A stretch of 64,000 nucleotides of DNA, from contig NC_092673.1 of the NCBI RefSeq assembly GCF_964355755.1, positions 26,347,648 to 26,411,647 on the forward strand. Reading direction: 5' to 3'. The stretch is from Antedon mediterranea. Lineage: Eukaryota > Animalia > Echinodermata. The notes beneath the pieces are model-generated. The model was not told where the DNA came from. It ran no database searches and saw nothing but the letters and a program-made list of their open reading frames with translations. How positions within the stretch are numbered: position 1 is the first letter of the stretch; each line of letters starts with the position of its first letter. Positions 63,821-64,000 of this stretch are shown here, piece after piece. The translations under genes and the position numbers were made by a program.

Positions 63821-64000
63821 ATTAGTATATAAATGTATACAGTATATAAATATGATAATTTATTTTTGTATTAAGTTTTTACAAATAAATACATATTTTA
63901 AATACCATACTCCTTTTTGTAGTGTTTTAAATTATAAATAAATTATAAATAACTAATTTTGGGATTTACTTATTATTTTGTGTCATAGGTGCATTTCGGC

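Overview
AT-rich, intron-containing animal genomic DNA; the repeat content and gene families suggest an invertebrate deuterostome such as an echinoderm or crinoid (inference). The left end holds a long C2H2 zinc-finger exon on the minus strand that runs off the window. The core is a tandem cluster of three related units of putative innate-immune or cell-death genes on the plus strand: (1) a decayed tandem-DED pseudogene unit (~5.3-10.9 kb); (2) a ~25-coding-exon ROCO GTPase gene with architecture tDED-tDED-Roc-COR-tDED and no LRR or kinase (11.7-38.2 kb, ~1340 aa by manual splicing); (3) a tDED-LRR gene with no NACHT or GTPase, whose single LRR exon has 7 near-identical 177-nt repeats that vary mainly at predicted ligand-facing residues (41.1-62.8 kb, ~810 aa). 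Units 2 and 3 share a duplicated promoter (CRE, 9 bp, NF-kB site, then a YY1-like motif) and an identical 30-nt non-coding exon. This suggests a co-regulated split sensor (LRR) and switch (Roc-COR) pair coupled by DED-DED interactions, which is a hypothesis. Introns are packed with transposons: a full-length Gypsy (Mag-like) element with identical 127-bp LTRs and a nested DNA transposon, four Mutator-like non-autonomous elements with TSDs (one carrying kB-like sites), Harbinger-type MITEs, LINE fragments, a DIRS fragment, a tRNA-SINE and Helentron-like inserts. All gene models were read by eye and no database searches were run.
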